Below, piece after piece: positions 53,770 to 63,074 of a stretch of DNA of 64,000 bases (its first letter is position 1; each line of letters begins with the position of its first letter). The notes under the pieces are model-generated. The model saw only the letters and a list, made by a program, of their open reading frames with translations, was not told the DNA's origin and ran no database searches. This stretch comes from Moritella sp. Its GTDB lineage: Bacteria; Pseudomonadota; Gammaproteobacteria; Enterobacterales; Moritellaceae. Location: contig NZ_JASJHF010000014.1 of NCBI RefSeq assembly GCF_033791185.1, positions 46-64,045 on the forward strand, written 5' to 3'. The translations under genes and the position numbers were made by a program.

Positions 53770-55116
53770 ATGAGTGATATTAAGTTTCGACAGATCGCCG
53801 AAACCATTGAAGCTAGAATTAATACCGGTGTGTATCCAGCTAATACCAAATTACCGCCACATCGGGTGCTCGCTGATGAGCTTGAAACTACCCCTACAAC
53901 GGTGTCCAAAGCCTATAAATTATTAGCAGAGAAAAACAAAGTTGAATCCTTTGTTGGTCGCGGCACGTTTGTCTGTGGTGGTGCTGAATTGGAAACCGTG
54001 ATCCAAGCGCCAGACGATAACGCCGATTATAACTTTTCAATTTTACAGCCTTGCTTAAAACACAATATCTTACCGTTGCAGGCCGCCTTTCAACAAACCT
54101 ATGCGACATTGCCGAGTGAGTTATTGGGTTATATCGAACACTCTGGGCATTTATCCCACCGACAAGCGGGGATGAAGTGGGCGGCGGAATTTGGTTTATC
54201 GGTATTGGATCCTGACGATATACTACTTGCCAGTGGCGCGCAGAATGCACTGGCAATATTGATCCAGACCTATACCAAACCGGGCGATTGCATTGCTGTC
54301 GAAGCCTTTACGTATCCTGGTATTCTTTCTATCGCTAATTTACTCGGTCGCCGTGTTGTTGAAGTAGCGATGGATAGCGAAGGCATGTGCCCGACTGCAC
54401 TGAAAGATACTATGCTTAGCGATAAGCCAAAAGTGGTTGTCATTGTGCCGTCACATCAAAATCCAACGGGTGTAACTATGCCGCAAGGGCGTAGAGAAAG
54501 CATTGCTAAGGTGATTGCAGCGGGTAACATCTGGCTATTAGAAGATGATATTTATGGCTTTTTAAATCCAAGCGTCATTCCTGCTATCAGTAACTATATA
54601 CCGGAAAAAAGCTTTCATATTACCAGTCTGTCGAAAGCGATTAGTCCGGCGTTACGCTGTGCATTTATTAAAGCGCCAAAAAGTGAGATCCGTAAGGTCG
54701 GGGCATGTATTCGTACCTCTATCTGGCTAGCTTCACCGCTTAATTTTGCGGTGGCAACCCAATTGATTAATTCGGGGGCGGCGTTTTCTATGGCGAATAA
54801 ACAAAAACAATTGGCTGCACAGCGACAAGCGTTTGTAGCAGAGTTGCTTGGCTTCTTAGCGTGTTCGAGTCAACCGACAAGTTATCATATTTGGGTTAAG
54901 TTACCGAAAAATTGGCGACAAGAGCATTTTGTGATGGAAGCTAAAAATCAGCAGTTATTGGTGAGCAGTGGTGGTTATTTCTCGCAACAGAGTGATAAAA
55001 GTAACCATATCCGTTTATCGTTAATGGCTATTGATGACGAGCAGCGTTTTCAACAAGGTGTTGTATCGCTAGCTAATTTACTCCAAGATGGGCAAGGTTC
55101 ACACTTCCTGTTTTAA
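53770..55116 (+). CDS. MocR/GabR family PLP-dependent transcription factor
   Basis: GntR wHTH (LPPHRVLADEL...VSKAY...VGRGTFV) fused to a class I aminotransferase fold (SLSKAISPALR). Confidence 0.93.
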   Translation: MSDIKFRQIAETIEARINTGVYPANTKLPPHRVLADELETTPTTVSKAYKLLAEKNKVESFVGRGTFVCGGAELETVIQAPDDNADYNFSILQPCLKHNILPLQAAFQQTYATLPSELLGYIEHSGHLSHRQAGMKWAAEFGLSVLDPDDILLASGAQNALAILIQTYTKPGDCIAVEAFTYPGILSIANLLGRRVVEVAMDSEGMCPTALKDTMLSDKPKVVVIVPSHQNPTGVTMPQGRRESIAKVIAAGNIWLLEDDIYGFLNPSVIPAISNYIPEKSFHITSLSKAISPALRCAFIKAPKSEIRKVGACIRTSIWLASPLNFAVATQLINSGAAFSMANKQKQLAAQRQAFVAELLGFLACSSQPTSYHIWVKLPKNWRQEHFVMEAKNQQLLVSSGGYFSQQSDKSNHIRLSLMAIDDEQRFQQGVVSLANLLQDGQGSHFLF

Positions 55117-55173
55117 TTATTTTGACAGGTTAGTATGTCGACCCATAATACGGCATTAGACTAAGGAGAGTTT

Positions 55174-55800
55174 ATGTTGAAAAATACAATAACGGGCATG
55201 CTTATTTTAAGTTGTTCTGGCTGTGTTTTATTAGAAAAGAAAGATCCGCTACCACCAGTCATTGATCCCGCGGATGCAGAAGTTCCGGTATTACTATCAA
55301 CGCCAACATCGGCAGCTGAATGTGCAGGTGATATGGAGCTACCTGTCGAGTTTAGTCGTAAATTTACCGCGGTATCAGACCCCGAACTATTGGCGCAATC
55401 TATCGGTGAAGCCAATGAAGGCAAACTCTGTCAGGGTCAAGTCTATGTCGCTAAACAGAACACCCAAATAATGCTGTTTCGAGCTTGGAATGATACCAAC
55501 CCTGGCAGTGAGTTTGGGGATTGGTGGGCACTAAAAAGCCCGCGTGGACAAATAGCCCAATATCGTCGCGACTATCAAATATGTTACCAATGGTCACCAT
55601 TAGATAAAATGACGTTGTGTAGTTTAAAAGCAGGCGCGAAAGTGGTGATTGGTACAGGGCAAAGTGCCACGTGCTCATCCTATCTTGCTTATCCAAGCTC
55701 AGCTAAGAAACAAGTCTATGTAGCGAATGCCGAAGCCAATCTGTTTGATTGTAATAGCTACAATGCTGAATTTAACTGGACGCCTATTATTAGTAATTAA
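55174..55800 (+). CDS. Hypothetical Cys-rich lipoprotein, possible TNT/ART-like fold
   Basis: Signal ending LSCSGC; six further Cys; GGAG SD; fold is an inference. Confidence 0.75.
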   Translation: MLKNTITGMLILSCSGCVLLEKKDPLPPVIDPADAEVPVLLSTPTSAAECAGDMELPVEFSRKFTAVSDPELLAQSIGEANEGKLCQGQVYVAKQNTQIMLFRAWNDTNPGSEFGDWWALKSPRGQIAQYRRDYQICYQWSPLDKMTLCSLKAGAKVVIGTGQSATCSSYLAYPSSAKKQVYVANAEANLFDCNSYNAEFNWTPIISN

Positions 55801-55880
55801 TCAGCCTAATGTTATTGCTCGCAAATATTGGGCATCGTATTAAGCATCAATAGTAGCCATAAACGATAGAGTGGAAAGGT

Positions 55881-56282
55881 ATGAAATATTATCAACGTGG
55901 GGTGTTATTTGCCGCTACTGTCCTTTTCTCTAGCGTGAGTTTTGCTGCCGATAACGTCATTGTGCGTTATCAGCAGACCCATGATACGCAGTTACAATCT
56001 ATCGCCAAAAAGTTGCAGTCAGATAGCAGTATCCAAGATGCGATTAATTTGATGAATACAGAGTTTATCTTTCCGCAGCCGTTAACGATTGTCTTTGGTA
56101 GTGATGATGTGAATTATGCGTACTTGTTAGAAGACACCGGCTTTTCCGTTGAACGTGGAGATTTTTGTATCAGTGAGTATGACACGATCGCGAATAATTG
56201 GCTGACAGTATTAGCCCCTTATATGGTATCCGCTACCAAGGGTGATACAGGCGTAAATATAGAAAATGCACCCACTGAATAA
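55881..56282 (+). pseudogene. DUF4344-like exported metallopeptidase with a large in-frame internal deletion
   Basis: N-terminal (DNVIVRY...QPLTIVFGSD) and C-terminal (YAYLLE...FC..EY..I..NW) DUF4344-like blocks are joined directly; no HExxH; 133 aa. Confidence 0.6.
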
Positions 56283-56441
56283 ATAACACTCCCGATCATA
56301 AAAAGTTAAATCACACCAAATTACGTTACTATTCTCCCTGTAAATACCGCTCACACTTACGCCATTATTTTAATAATATTTATCGTTATTTTTATACTGT
56401 TTAAATTTCATACAGTTATATTTATCGCTTGTCTTTGTATA

Positions 56442-56459
56442 GTTATGTTATAACATAAC
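56442..56459. promoter_or_regulatory. Perfect 18-bp palindrome, probable second or overlapping Zur site
   Basis: GTTATGTTATAACATAAC. Confidence 0.7.
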
Positions 56460-56466
56460 AATATGT

Positions 56467-56489
56467 GAAATGTTATATTATAACAATTA
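56467..56489. promoter_or_regulatory. Zur box
   Basis: GAAATGTTATA-T-TATAACAATTA versus gammaproteobacterial consensus GAAATGTTATA-N-TATAACATTTC; abuts the SD. Confidence 0.88.
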
Positions 56490-56502
56490 AGGAAGATAAA
56501 CA

Positions 56503-57636
56503 GTGAAGAAGAAATTGGTTTCCCTCGCAATCAGTAGCATTTTGGCATCACCAGCTTTCGCTAATACATTGTCAAACCCACAAATCGGTGTGGTGCTTGA
56601 TGGCTATTATCAAAATGGTGAGCGTAATAACTCAGAGCGTAGCGAAGGATTTGGCCTCGGCCACACCGAAATTAGCATGTCCGCGAATATTGACGACAAG
56701 TTCCACGGTGTATTAACGACAGTGTTAGAAACGCATGGTGATGAAACGGAATTGCTACTAGAAGAAGCATTCATTCAAACATTAACGATGCCATATGGCT
56801 TTAATATCCGCGGTGGTCGTTTCCTGTCTGACTTCGGTTACATGAACAATCAGCATATGCATTCAGACAGCTTCGTTGAGCGACCTGTTGCTTATCGTAC
56901 TTTCTTAGGCTCTCATTATTACGATGATGGTTTACGTGCCAACCTCGTATTGCCTACTGACATGTATGTAAAACTAGGCGTTGAAGCGTTAAGTGGTAGC
57001 AAGATGTCTGCTGTGGATGATAGCACCGCCGTCGGTGTATATACCACGACATTAAAGATTGGTGATGACTTCTCTGAATCATCGAGTTGGCAGTTTGGTT
57101 TAAGTTACTTACGTAATGAAAATGGTAAAGTGACGAGTTTTGAAGAGCACAGTCATGATGAACACGGTCATGACCACAGCCACGCTTCCGCTGTGACTGG
57201 CGCGAATTTATACGGCGCTGACTTTATCTGGAAATGGGCGCCTAATGGCAATTATAAATACAGCAATTTCACCTTATCTGCAGAGTACATGCTGTTAGAT
57301 GACATTTTGGATAGCAAATTCAAAGGGGAGAAAGATGCCCCGGATACGCTAGCGGCTTATTACGTATCAGGAGTATATCGCTTCACACCAAGCTGGTCTG
57401 CGGGTATGCGCTACAGTGATGCTGAAAGTTACGACGGTCATGCTCATGGAACCCACGTACACTTAACCTCTTTGAGTGATAGCGAGATCGAAGCTATGGT
57501 GGCTTGGGATTCTTCTCACTTTGGCACTGTACGTGCGCAATATACACGTGTTGAAAACCAAGACAAAGCCACTGATAACGTATTCACGCTGCAATATGTA
57601 ATGACGTTTGGGGCGCACGGTGCTCATGCGTTTTAA
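56503..57636 (+). CDS. His-rich outer-membrane beta-barrel (porin-sized) metal uptake protein
   Basis: Signal peptide, alternating beta-strand pattern, His loops EEHSHDEHGHDHSH and GHAHGTHVH, C-terminal FGAHGAHAF; only 377 aa. Confidence 0.8.
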   Translation: MKKKLVSLAISSILASPAFANTLSNPQIGVVLDGYYQNGERNNSERSEGFGLGHTEISMSANIDDKFHGVLTTVLETHGDETELLLEEAFIQTLTMPYGFNIRGGRFLSDFGYMNNQHMHSDSFVERPVAYRTFLGSHYYDDGLRANLVLPTDMYVKLGVEALSGSKMSAVDDSTAVGVYTTTLKIGDDFSESSSWQFGLSYLRNENGKVTSFEEHSHDEHGHDHSHASAVTGANLYGADFIWKWAPNGNYKYSNFTLSAEYMLLDDILDSKFKGEKDAPDTLAAYYVSGVYRFTPSWSAGMRYSDAESYDGHAHGTHVHLTSLSDSEIEAMVAWDSSHFGTVRAQYTRVENQDKATDNVFTLQYVMTFGAHGAHAF

Positions 57637-58531
57637 GATCCATAAACTGGTGCTCGCAGCGAGTGCTGCTATTTTGACTTCTCCGGCGATGGCGTTAAAC
57701 ATCTTCGTGTGTGAACCAGAATGGCAGGCTTTGTTAGCTGCCCATGCGCCAGAGGCGACTATCTATTCGGCAACGACTGCAATGCAAGATCCGCATTACG
57801 TGCAAGCAAGACCGTCTTTAATTGCCAAGATGCGCCAAGCGGATATGGCAATGTGCTCAGGCGCTGATTTGGAAATTGGTTGGCTGCCCATGTTGCAAGC
57901 GCGAAGTGCCAATCCTGCAGTGCAAAACAATAAGCACAGTATGTTATATGCCTCTGAAATTGTCAGCATGTTGGATAAGCACGACCATGTCGATCGTAGC
58001 ATGGGTGACATTCATGCTCACGGTAATCCACATGTGCAATTTGCTGCTGACAATATGATCCGACTTTCTCGCACCATAACTAAGCGTTTGGAAACCATAG
58101 ATCCAGATAATGCACAGGCATATCGCCATAATGGGGCGGCGTTTCGTCAACATTGGCAGCAAAAGCTGGTGGAATGGCGTCAACGCGCAGCTCCGCTACG
58201 AGGTAAGCAAGTGGTGAGCTATCACGCGACTTATCGTTATCTCTTTGCGTGGTTGCAGATGACGCAAGTCGCAGACCTTGAGCCTAAACCTGGTGTTTCA
58301 CCGACCACCGCGCATTTGCAATCGTTGACCAAGTTAGACCCAGCGTCGTTTGATGCGATTATTTATTCTTCTCATCAGAATAAACGTGCGGCTAATTGGT
58401 TGCATCAGCAAACGCACAAGCCTGTGATCCAATTACCGCTAACGGTATCGAAAGAGCAGCGCCTTGACGAACTGTATGACGAGATTCTGGATGACTTGCT
58501 CAGTGTACTTGCAGAACCAGTGAAGAGCTAA
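57626..58531 (+). CDS. Cluster A-I (ZnuA/TroA-like) metal-binding periplasmic protein (ATG at 57626)
   Basis: QDPHYVQARPS, GADLE..WL, GNPHV, YHATYRYL, LEPKPGVSPT..HL. Confidence 0.9.
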   Translation: MRFKIHKLVLAASAAILTSPAMALNIFVCEPEWQALLAAHAPEATIYSATTAMQDPHYVQARPSLIAKMRQADMAMCSGADLEIGWLPMLQARSANPAVQNNKHSMLYASEIVSMLDKHDHVDRSMGDIHAHGNPHVQFAADNMIRLSRTITKRLETIDPDNAQAYRHNGAAFRQHWQQKLVEWRQRAAPLRGKQVVSYHATYRYLFAWLQMTQVADLEPKPGVSPTTAHLQSLTKLDPASFDAIIYSSHQNKRAANWLHQQTHKPVIQLPLTVSKEQRLDELYDEILDDLLSVLAEPVKS

Positions 58532-58534
58532 GCC

Positions 58535-59323
58535 ATGTTAACGGATTATCTTTGGCTAGCACCCGCTGTATTATGTGGTCTGATTGCGCTGGTGGGCAAT
58601 GTGATATTAGGGCAACAAGTGCTCGCGCGTAAGATCATTTTTATTGATTTGGCGGTAGCGCAAGTTGCTGCATTAGGCGCTGCATTTAGTCAGTATTGGC
58701 TAAGCAGTTTTGACATATTACCCGAGACTTGGTTAGGGCAAATGATCGGCCCTTGGGTATTGTCGCTGATGTTATGTGGTTTAATTGCCTTGATGGAAAA
58801 ACATTATCAGCAACATCTTGAACCTATGATCGGTAGTCTGTTTGTAGTTTCTGCTTCATTGGCGATTTTACTGGCAAGTAAAGACCCGCACGGGGCTGAC
58901 TTTATTCAAGGGATATTAAATGGTCAGTTGTTATGGGCTACGTGGGATGATGTTTGGCCGTTAGCAATCATTACAGCAGCGATGTTGGCTTTAGTGACTA
59001 TGAAACCGGCATTTATGCAGGGGCGTGGATTTTACGTTATCTTCGCTATATTGATGCCAATAACGGTGAAATTGACGGGTATCTACCTTGAATTTGCGTT
59101 ATTGGTGATCCCTGCGTTATGTGCATCCGCTTTAAAAGGTATACGGTTTTTTATCGCGAGCATGGGCATTGGCGTAATGGGTATTATGTCGGGAATCGTA
59201 TTGTCAGCACATTATGATTTCCCCAGTGGTGCCAGTATCGTGATTACGTTATTTGTCTCTGGTGTATTGTTTCATTTATTGCTGCAACCTTTGTTGCTTA
59301 AGACTGACGTTCGCGCGTCATAG
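58535..59323 (+). CDS. ABC-3 (ZnuB-like) metal permease
   Basis: FIDLAVAQVAALG, GQLLWATW, ALLVIPA, YDFPSGASIV. Confidence 0.88.
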   Translation: MLTDYLWLAPAVLCGLIALVGNVILGQQVLARKIIFIDLAVAQVAALGAAFSQYWLSSFDILPETWLGQMIGPWVLSLMLCGLIALMEKHYQQHLEPMIGSLFVVSASLAILLASKDPHGADFIQGILNGQLLWATWDDVWPLAIITAAMLALVTMKPAFMQGRGFYVIFAILMPITVKLTGIYLEFALLVIPALCASALKGIRFFIASMGIGVMGIMSGIVLSAHYDFPSGASIVITLFVSGVLFHLLLQPLLLKTDVRAS

Positions 59324-59343
59324 ACTAACATCAGCATATAAAT

Positions 59344-59383
59344 AAAGGCCTGATTTCAGTATATATCTGGGATCAGGCCTTTT
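59344..59383. terminator. Bidirectional terminator between the metal uptake operon and yfbR
   Basis: AAAGGCCTGATTTCAG-TATATAT-CTGGGATCAGGCCTTTT. Confidence 0.8.
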
Positions 59384-59422
59384 ATTATAAACTTGATTTC
59401 TTCACTTCACGTTAATGGCGTA

Positions 59423-60001
59423 TTAATCCATATCATCAAACGGCTGACCTATACTGGGTAAGAATACATCAAGGAAATATCGAATTTCATCAGTCATGCG
59501 ATCATCAAGGGCGGTTTTACAGCGTAATTTTGCTTTTGAAAATTCATGATTACCGCAGCTTTCTTCTTCAATACATTTCATGTGTGCACACAGAATATCA
59601 GCGTCTTTGACTAACTGTTTATACGTTGGGTCTAGATCGGGCGTTGATAATAACGGTTTGTAAGCATCACGTAATTCCACTGGCAGCATGTCTAATAACG
59701 TCTGCTCTGCGGCTAACTCAATCTTGTTATATTCTCGAATGATGGCTTTATTATAATATTTCACTGGGGTAGGTAAGTCGCCAGTTAGCACTTCGGTAGT
59801 ATCGTGGAACAAGGCCATTGACGCCGCTTTGTCTGGATCATAGCTTTTGCCGTAATAAGTATTGCCAATTAAGGCAAGGGCATGGGCAACCATCGCCACT
59901 TGTAAGCTGTGCTCGGCTATATTCTCGTGCGTAACGTTACGCATCAACGGCCAGCGGTAAATGAGTTTCATGCGGGCGAGGTGGGCAAAAAAATGGCTCA
60001 T
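59423..60001 (-). CDS. yfbR: 5'-deoxynucleotidase (HD family), ATG at 60001
   Basis: MSHFFAHLARMKLIYRWPLMRN..ENIAEHS, LFHD..EVLTGDLPTPVKY, VKDAD. Confidence 0.95.
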   Translation of the reverse strand: MSHFFAHLARMKLIYRWPLMRNVTHENIAEHSLQVAMVAHALALIGNTYYGKSYDPDKAASMALFHDTTEVLTGDLPTPVKYYNKAIIREYNKIELAAEQTLLDMLPVELRDAYKPLLSTPDLDPTYKQLVKDADILCAHMKCIEEESCGNHEFSKAKLRCKTALDDRMTDEIRYFLDVFLPSIGQPFDDMD

Positions 60002-60259
60002 AACGTTCTCCAAATAAGAAAGGCACCTCATGACAATACAGGCTAGGTGCACGTAAGTCATCGGTTTCATTACTGTAGCATGAGTTAGGAGGTGGCGAGT
60101 GTTTAAATATCACTTTGATGGCGCTAGCCGTTATATCAATGAATTAGTCGAAAGCAGCTTACATATAAGAATAGGTACGCGCAGTCGATATCTTATGTTG
60201 AACAAGCCAGAAGCTCTTTTTTATATAGCAAATTGTGAGTTCAATTTAGGAGGAAAGAC

Positions 60260-60284
60260 AAAAAGGCGTCATAACGACGCCTTT
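60260..60284 (-). terminator. Terminator of alaA
   Basis: Minus strand AAAGGCGTC-GTTAT-GACGCCTTTTT. Confidence 0.8.
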
Positions 60285-60315
60285 CTGATATCTACTTCTG
60301 TATTATAACCGCAAA

Positions 60316-61533
60316 CTAATCTTGGCGATAACTCTTCAAGAAATTCGCTAGTTTGTTAATCGCAACAGTCAGCTCTTCAACACGTGGTAAGAATACTACG
60401 CGGAAGTGATCGGGGCGACCCCAGTTAAAACCAGTGCCTTGTACAATCAATAACTTTTCTTGTTGTAACAAGTCTAAGGCAAATTTCTGATCGTCTTTGA
60501 TGTTGTACATCTCTGTATCAATCTTCGGGAAAAGATACATCGCGCCTTTTGGTTTCACACACGAGATACCCGGAATTTCATTTAACATCTTCCAGGCTAA
60601 ATCACGCTGTTCCAGTAAACGGCCGCCCGGTAGAATCAATTCATTAATACTTTGATAGCCACCTAACGCCGTTTGTATCGCATGTTGCATCGGTACGTTA
60701 GAGCACAGACGCATCGAGGCCAGCATTTCCAATCCGGCAATGTAGTCTTTAGCAAGGTGGGTTGCACCGCTTAATACTAACCAACCAGAACGGAAACCAG
60801 CAATACGGTAAGCTTTAGACAAACCATTGAAAGTCACAATCAGGATATCTTGCGCCAGTGTACACATAGGCACATGCTCAACACCGTCATATAAGATCTT
60901 GTCATAGATTTCATCAGCAAAAATAATCAGTCTGTTCTGACGCGCAACTTCAATGACTTCAAGCAAGAATTCTTTGCTGTATACTGCACCCGTTGGGTTG
61001 TTCGGATTGATTAGAACAATGCCTTTGGTATTCGGGGTTATCTTGGCTTTAATATCATCCAGATCCGGATACCAATCAGATTCTTCATCACAAATGTAGT
61101 GCGTTGCTTTACCACCCGAAAGGGTAATTGCGGCGGTCCACAATGGATAATCCGGTGACGGTACTAAGATCTCATCACCGTTATTCAGTAATGCCTGCAT
61201 CGACATCATGATTAATTCTGATACACCGTTACCCAAATAAATGTCGTCAATTGATACATCCAACAGACCTTTCTGTTGGTAATGTTGCATCACAGCTTTG
61301 CGCGCAGAATATAACCCTTTTGAGTCACAATAACCTTGGCTTAACGGCAGGTTATGAATAACGTCTTTTACGATTTCTTCTGGGGCTTCAAAACCAAATG
61401 GGGCGGGATTCCCGATGTTTAATTTTATTACTCGGTGACCTTCTTCTTCTAAGCGATTCGCTTCTTTTAATACTGGCCCACGTATGTCGTAACACACGTT
61501 ATCTAACTTATGAGATTTTTCTATTGAGTACAT
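60316..61533 (-). CDS. alaA: Glutamate-pyruvate aminotransferase
   Basis: KSHKLDNVCYDIRGPV, LNIGNPAPFGF, NGLSKAYRIAGFRSGW; adjacent to yfbR as in E. coli. Confidence 0.95.
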   Translation of the reverse strand: MYSIEKSHKLDNVCYDIRGPVLKEANRLEEEGHRVIKLNIGNPAPFGFEAPEEIVKDVIHNLPLSQGYCDSKGLYSARKAVMQHYQQKGLLDVSIDDIYLGNGVSELIMMSMQALLNNGDEILVPSPDYPLWTAAITLSGGKATHYICDEESDWYPDLDDIKAKITPNTKGIVLINPNNPTGAVYSKEFLLEVIEVARQNRLIIFADEIYDKILYDGVEHVPMCTLAQDILIVTFNGLSKAYRIAGFRSGWLVLSGATHLAKDYIAGLEMLASMRLCSNVPMQHAIQTALGGYQSINELILPGGRLLEQRDLAWKMLNEIPGISCVKPKGAMYLFPKIDTEMYNIKDDQKFALDLLQQEKLLIVQGTGFNWGRPDHFRVVFLPRVEELTVAINKLANFLKSYRQD

Positions 61534-61759
61534 CCCGTCTCCACCGCTTTAATTATGTTTGTTGTTAATCTTTCTGTAATAAAAGTACCGTATATAAGGC
61601 ATTGTTGGAAGTGATATTTGGTGTTCTACACGATTTATTGTTGCGTCATTGTTAATTGATAAGATTCGGGTGTAACATTATCAGCAATGGTTACCAGATT
61701 GCGGTAATTTTGTGAGAGTATTGTTGTATTACAACGCTAAATTGAATCAAGGAAAGAAC

Positions 61760-62212
61760 ATGAGCCAGCAATTAAACCCCGCAAAAATGAGTGGATTACA
61801 GATTTTACAAGCGATGACAGAAGGGCTTTACCCCCATCCATCTATTTGCGACACCATGCCAATGCATTGTGTTGATGTCAGCGAAGGGTATATTCACTTT
61901 AGTGTACAGGCCGATGATCGTCATTTAAATCCGATGGGTGGTGTACACGGTGGCTTTGCAGCAACGGTACTCGATTCAGTGACTGGCTGCGCGACACATA
62001 CGACATTGGCTGCTGGTGAGAATTATGGCACGGTAGATTTGAATGTAAAAATGGTGCGCCCGATCCCAAAAGATACGCTGTTATATGCTAAGGGTAAGGT
62101 ATTAAACGTATCTAGAACGGTGGTTATCTCTGAAGGTGATATTCGTGATGCGGAGGGTAAGCTTTATGCCCACTGTACGGCAACCTGTGTGATCACTCGT
62201 CGAGTTAAATAG
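61760..62212 (+). CDS. PaaI family hotdog thioesterase (ATG at 61760)
   Basis: HLNPMGGVHGGFAATVLDS..GCA, TVDLNVKMVRP. Confidence 0.9.
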   Translation: MSQQLNPAKMSGLQILQAMTEGLYPHPSICDTMPMHCVDVSEGYIHFSVQADDRHLNPMGGVHGGFAATVLDSVTGCATHTTLAAGENYGTVDLNVKMVRPIPKDTLLYAKGKVLNVSRTVVISEGDIRDAEGKLYAHCTATCVITRRVK

Positions 62213-62222
62213 GCTACTCTCT

Positions 62223-63026
62223 ATGACAAATACAACTTCTGAAATAGCAGAGAATACATTTCAGTACAATCCATCAGCCAGTGAAAATGCCGGAAAGATG
62301 GTGATGGGGCATCGTGGTGCGTCTTCTATTGCCCCAGAAAATACCTTAGCGGCATTTCAATTAGCCGAACATCACAATGTGCCTTGGATTGAAGTTGACG
62401 CCGATATGCTTGGTGATGGTACGGTGGTCATTTGTCATGATGCCACGCTCGACCGCTGCAGCGATCATAACGGTTTATTACGCGATAAAATCGTTACCGA
62501 CCTAGATAATATTGATGCAGGGGCGTGGTTCGGATTAGATTTTGTTGGTGAGCGTATTCCCACGCTGGTGGAGTTGATCTTATTCACCAATGAAACGGGT
62601 ATGAACCTGAATTTAGAAATTAAGTCGGGCCCAGATAAAGTTGCTACGGATCGGTTAATTGATGGCATTATTCGCGATATCAACCATCACTGGCAAGGCG
62701 GTCAACAATTATTGATCTCCAGTTTTAATCATTTGTTGTTAGCCGAAGTAAAACGTCGCGCACCGGAAATAAGTTTGGCGTGTTTGTTTGGTTCGCCATT
62801 GCCCAATGACTGGCTTACTTCTATGCAATATGTCGGCGCTGAATTTGTGCATCCTAAGGAGCAAGGTTTGACCGAATCGCAAGTTAGATCCATGACCGAT
62901 GCGGGATATAGCGTGAATGTGTGGACCGTGAACAATTTGGCAAGAGCCAACCAACTGTATAATTGGGGGGTAACAGGTATCTGCTCTGATATTCCCCAGC
63001 AGTTTCCACCTTGTTATAGAAACTAA
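62223..63026 (+). CDS. Glycerophosphodiester phosphodiesterase (UgpQ-like)
   Basis: GHRGAS..APENTLAAF, IEVD, HDATLDR, NLEIK, WTVN, SDIP. Confidence 0.92.
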   Translation: MTNTTSEIAENTFQYNPSASENAGKMVMGHRGASSIAPENTLAAFQLAEHHNVPWIEVDADMLGDGTVVICHDATLDRCSDHNGLLRDKIVTDLDNIDAGAWFGLDFVGERIPTLVELILFTNETGMNLNLEIKSGPDKVATDRLIDGIIRDINHHWQGGQQLLISSFNHLLLAEVKRRAPEISLACLFGSPLPNDWLTSMQYVGAEFVHPKEQGLTESQVRSMTDAGYSVNVWTVNNLARANQLYNWGVTGICSDIPQQFPPCYRN

Positions 63027-63074
63027 AAATACCGTAATAGCGCATTAAAATTCCAAGGATAAGGGAGACTGTGA

